From Salpingoeca rosetta (Eukaryota > Protista > Choanoflagellata), in the NCBI GenBank assembly GCA_033442325.1, contig JAWQFM010000007.1, positions 1,840,567 through 1,904,566 of the forward strand: 64,000 nt of DNA, given 5' to 3'. Below the pieces are notes generated by a model. The model was not told the origin of the DNA. It did no database searches and was given only the letters and a program-made list of their open reading frames with translations. Below, in pieces: positions 61,480 to 64,000 of this stretch (the stretch's first letter is position 1; the number at the start of each line of letters is the position of its first letter). The position numbers were made by a program, and so were the translations under genes.

Positions 61480-63360
61480 CGAGCAAGTACGCGCGTGAAT
61501 TGTTAAGTGTGCGTGTCAACAAGACGGTCCAACAGTGATCATCACGCCTCCACATACGTGCACATACGTGCACACACCAATCCCCCAATGCATCGCCTCA
61601 AACCCTGTGCCCTGGCTTTCGTTTACCTGGGAAAGCTGTAGTTGATGACGATGGTGCCTCTGCTGTCGCGCTCATGGCCAGCGCATGCGATGTGCGGCAT
61701 GACGGAGACAGACATGGTGCCGGCTGGCTGCGGGCCCTGCTGGGGCGCAAGCTCGACGAGGCACACGGGGCAGCGCGTGTGGTACTTGAAGGCGTGCGCA
61801 ATACAGTCGCGATGGAACGTGTGCTTGCAGCCGCGCAGGGAGACAACCTCCTCCCCATCTGCCGGCACCACTGCCGCGACCTTCTTCTGTACTTCCGTCT
61901 TTGTTGTCGTAGTTGTTATTGTTGTTGTCGTTGTTGTTGTCGTTGTCGCTGTTGTTGTAGTTGTTGTTGTTGCAGCCTCACTGTTGCAGCTGTACTTGCT
62001 GCTGCTGCTGCTGCGGATGAAGAGGCGTGGTGGTGGTGAGGCCGGGGAGGGGCGCGAATCCTCCTCAGCCGTGTCGCTGCCGCACCCGGAATCGTCCGTG
62101 TCACTGTGGGTGTGTGGCGCCTCTGTTGCCTCCTGTGTTGCCTCCTGTTGCTGCTCTACATCTGGTTCCGCACTTGCGGGTTCATAGAGCTCGCACGCGC
62201 AGACGGCGCACACGTCGTGCAGGTGATCGAGGGGCGCGGATGTGACTGCGGTGAGCTGCTGCATGGCCAAGCGCAGGCACTGATCCTTTGACGGCGGTGG
62301 GTCGAACCAATATGCGCTGGTTTGGAGAGTGGCGTGCTCATTGAGAACTGGTTGGCGCACAGGCCCCTGTCGGTGAGACGAGCGGCCACGACCACGTCCA
62401 CGGCCGCGTGTTGCTGAACTTGCACCACCACCGCTGCCAAAGGGTTGGCGCTGAGAAACGGGATGCGTGGAGGACGCTGTCTTGGAGAAAGCTGCAATGT
62501 GGCGCTGGATGCGCTCGTCCTTGTGCGCTTGCTGCTTCTCAATCACGTCCTCGAGCATCTCCTTCATGTCCTGTGCCTGACGACAGCAAGGCATCAAGAT
62601 GCACAGCGTGAGGTGATGGGAGTTGGGGCAAGGAAAAGAAGGAAGGAGTGTTGGCAAGGGGAAGCGGTGCTGGCAAGGCAAGTGAGCCAGAGCATTGCGC
62701 CTATGATCACGCTGTGGGCGACTGCAGCAACGAACACCAACACTAACCTTGCGGGCGTCTCGGCGCAGCTTTCGTTGTTGGCGTGGGCTGAGCTTGCTTT
62801 CCTTGCGAGACTGGCGAACGGCCTCTGCGCCCTCTGCTCCATCTCCACCAGTCTCGCGCGCCACCTGCCGCCAGTGCCTAGTTTGCGCACGAGTGAGTGA
62901 GTGAGTGAGTGAGTGAGTGAAGTGAGTGAGTGAGTGTGTGTGTGTGTGTGTGTGTGTGAGTGAAGTGAGTGAAGTGAGTGAGTGAAGTGAGTGAGTGAGG
63001 TGAAGTGAGTGAGTGAGTGAGTGTGAGTGAGTGAGTGAGTGTGTGAGTAAGCATGCGTTGAAGAGGGCGCGGAGATGGTGAGCTGCAGCAAACAAACAAA
63101 CAAACAAACAAACAAACAAACAAACAAACAAACAAACAAACAAACAAACAAACAAACAAACAAACAAACAAACGCTTCTTTCGAACGAATGCATGGCCGT
63201 CTTCCTCTTGTATCTTGCCTCACCGTTGCTTTGTTCCTTTGGAACGCTGTGCGTGCCTGTATCGCACAGACGTCTTCTCGAGCTTGGCCTCCCAGTACTC
63301 AACGAGGTCACAGCTCACATCGCTGAACGGCGACCCAAGCACAGGCATCTTGCGAGACAT
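60930..63360 (-). CDS. DTX: Deltex-family E3 ubiquitin ligase (RING + DTC, DTX3-like, no WWE domains seen)
   Basis: RING 'CAVC...[10 protein letters not shown]...CPVC', then 'GPQPAGTM'. DTC '[10 protein letters not shown]', '[50 protein letters not shown]|T', '[20 protein letters not shown]'. ATG at 63360. Confidence 0.93.
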
Positions 63361-63640
63361 TCAACAGGAAGGAGAGGAACAAAAGAGTCAGCAACAAGCA
63401 ACAAGAACGCGTCGACACACTCTGATGTGCTGATGTGAGCCTTGGTGGTGGTGTAACGTAAATGCGGCCTCTGCCACCATCATCGCTGTTGTTTGTATTT
63501 GCTGTGCGTGTCTGTGCGTGTCTGTGCGTGCGGATGTGGTGTGTGTGCGAGGTGTGTGTGCGTGTGTGTGTGTGTCCTGGCGGTTACAAATTCCACCAAA
63601 GTTACAGCTGATAATTTTTATGGTGTCGCTGACTGGCCCC

Positions 63641-63964
63641 TCAGCAGAAGTGGTGCTGCGTGGTTTGTTGTGGGAGAGCGAGCGTGCGAGCTGTGCTGCT
63701 GCTGCCATTGCTGCTGCTGCACTGCTGTGAGATGCGCATGGAGAGGTCCCTGACGCGGCGAGCGAGCGAGTCACGCGGGATGGCGTGGCCGTGCTTGTGG
63801 TGGAGGTACTGCTTGAGGATGTGCACTTCGGAGGCGCAGTCGAAGCAGTGGTCGAGGCCAGGCACACCCTTCACGTCGTGATCAAAGTGGCTGGTCCGTG
63901 TCACCGTGTTGAAGTGGAACATGTAATCCTCATACACCTTGTGGTTGTACTCACGCGACGATTC
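63641..63964 (-). CDS. Last exon of a VP39-like (poxvirus poly(A) polymerase small subunit family) cap 2'-O-methyltransferase; 5' part outside window
   Basis: 'YNHKVYEDYMFHFNTVTRTSHFDHDVKGVPGLDHCFDCASEVHILKQYL' resembles the C-terminal 'YE..M.YFN...R...DHCYDC..E..IL..Y' signature recalled for this family in NCLDVs and protists. Acceptor 'ctcag' at ~63965. Confidence 0.68.
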   Translation of the reverse strand, partial: ESSREYNHKVYEDYMFHFNTVTRTSHFDHDVKGVPGLDHCFDCASEVHILKQYLHHKHGHAIPRDSLARRVRDLSMRISQQCSSSNGSSSTARTLALPQQTTQHHFC

Positions 63965-64000
63965 CTGAGGTTGCGCGCGTGTGAGTGAAGTGAGTGAGTG

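Overview
This is intron-rich eukaryotic DNA, not a prokaryotic locus. GC-rich exons are separated by GT-AG introns full of (GT)n/(CA)n/(GTT)n microsatellites, and there are three 100-N scaffold gaps. The style and gene set suggest a choanoflagellate such as Salpingoeca rosetta (inference). Most ORFs in the supplied track are microsatellite artefacts. Splicing exons by eye gives about 16 genes: an intron-containing IS630/Tc1-mariner-like DDE transposase broken by a 20-bp duplication; a membrane-anchored cystatin with a His/Asp-rich insert; a disordered protein with Sororin-like motifs; an intronless CCCH-zinc-finger/RGG/vWA/alpha-kinase; an IRSp53-like I-BAR-SH3 protein; a BAR-ArfGAP-ankyrin protein lacking the catalytic Arg; a TBL/PC-esterase O-acetyltransferase; a PHD-PHD-Rad7 LRR protein; a mucin/SEA-like receptor with an FDNPxY tail; an ApoD-like lipocalin; DPCD; Aladin (AAAS); a villin/gelsolin-headpiece protein; a lipid-anchored NWD-type DUF4062-NACHT-WD40 protein; a Deltex RING-DTC ligase; and the 3' end of a VP39-like cap 2'-O-methyltransferase. 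The best candidates for new biology are (i) the putative RNA-binding alpha-kinase, (ii) a recurring intron layout with (GT)n near the donor and complementary (CA)n next to the acceptor, (iii) the co-oriented VP39-like MTase / Deltex / NACHT-WD40 trio, and (iv) the PHD-Rad7 fusion and the split cystatin. Several 1-bp frameshifts may be assembly errors. All family calls come from recognising motifs by eye; no database search was run.
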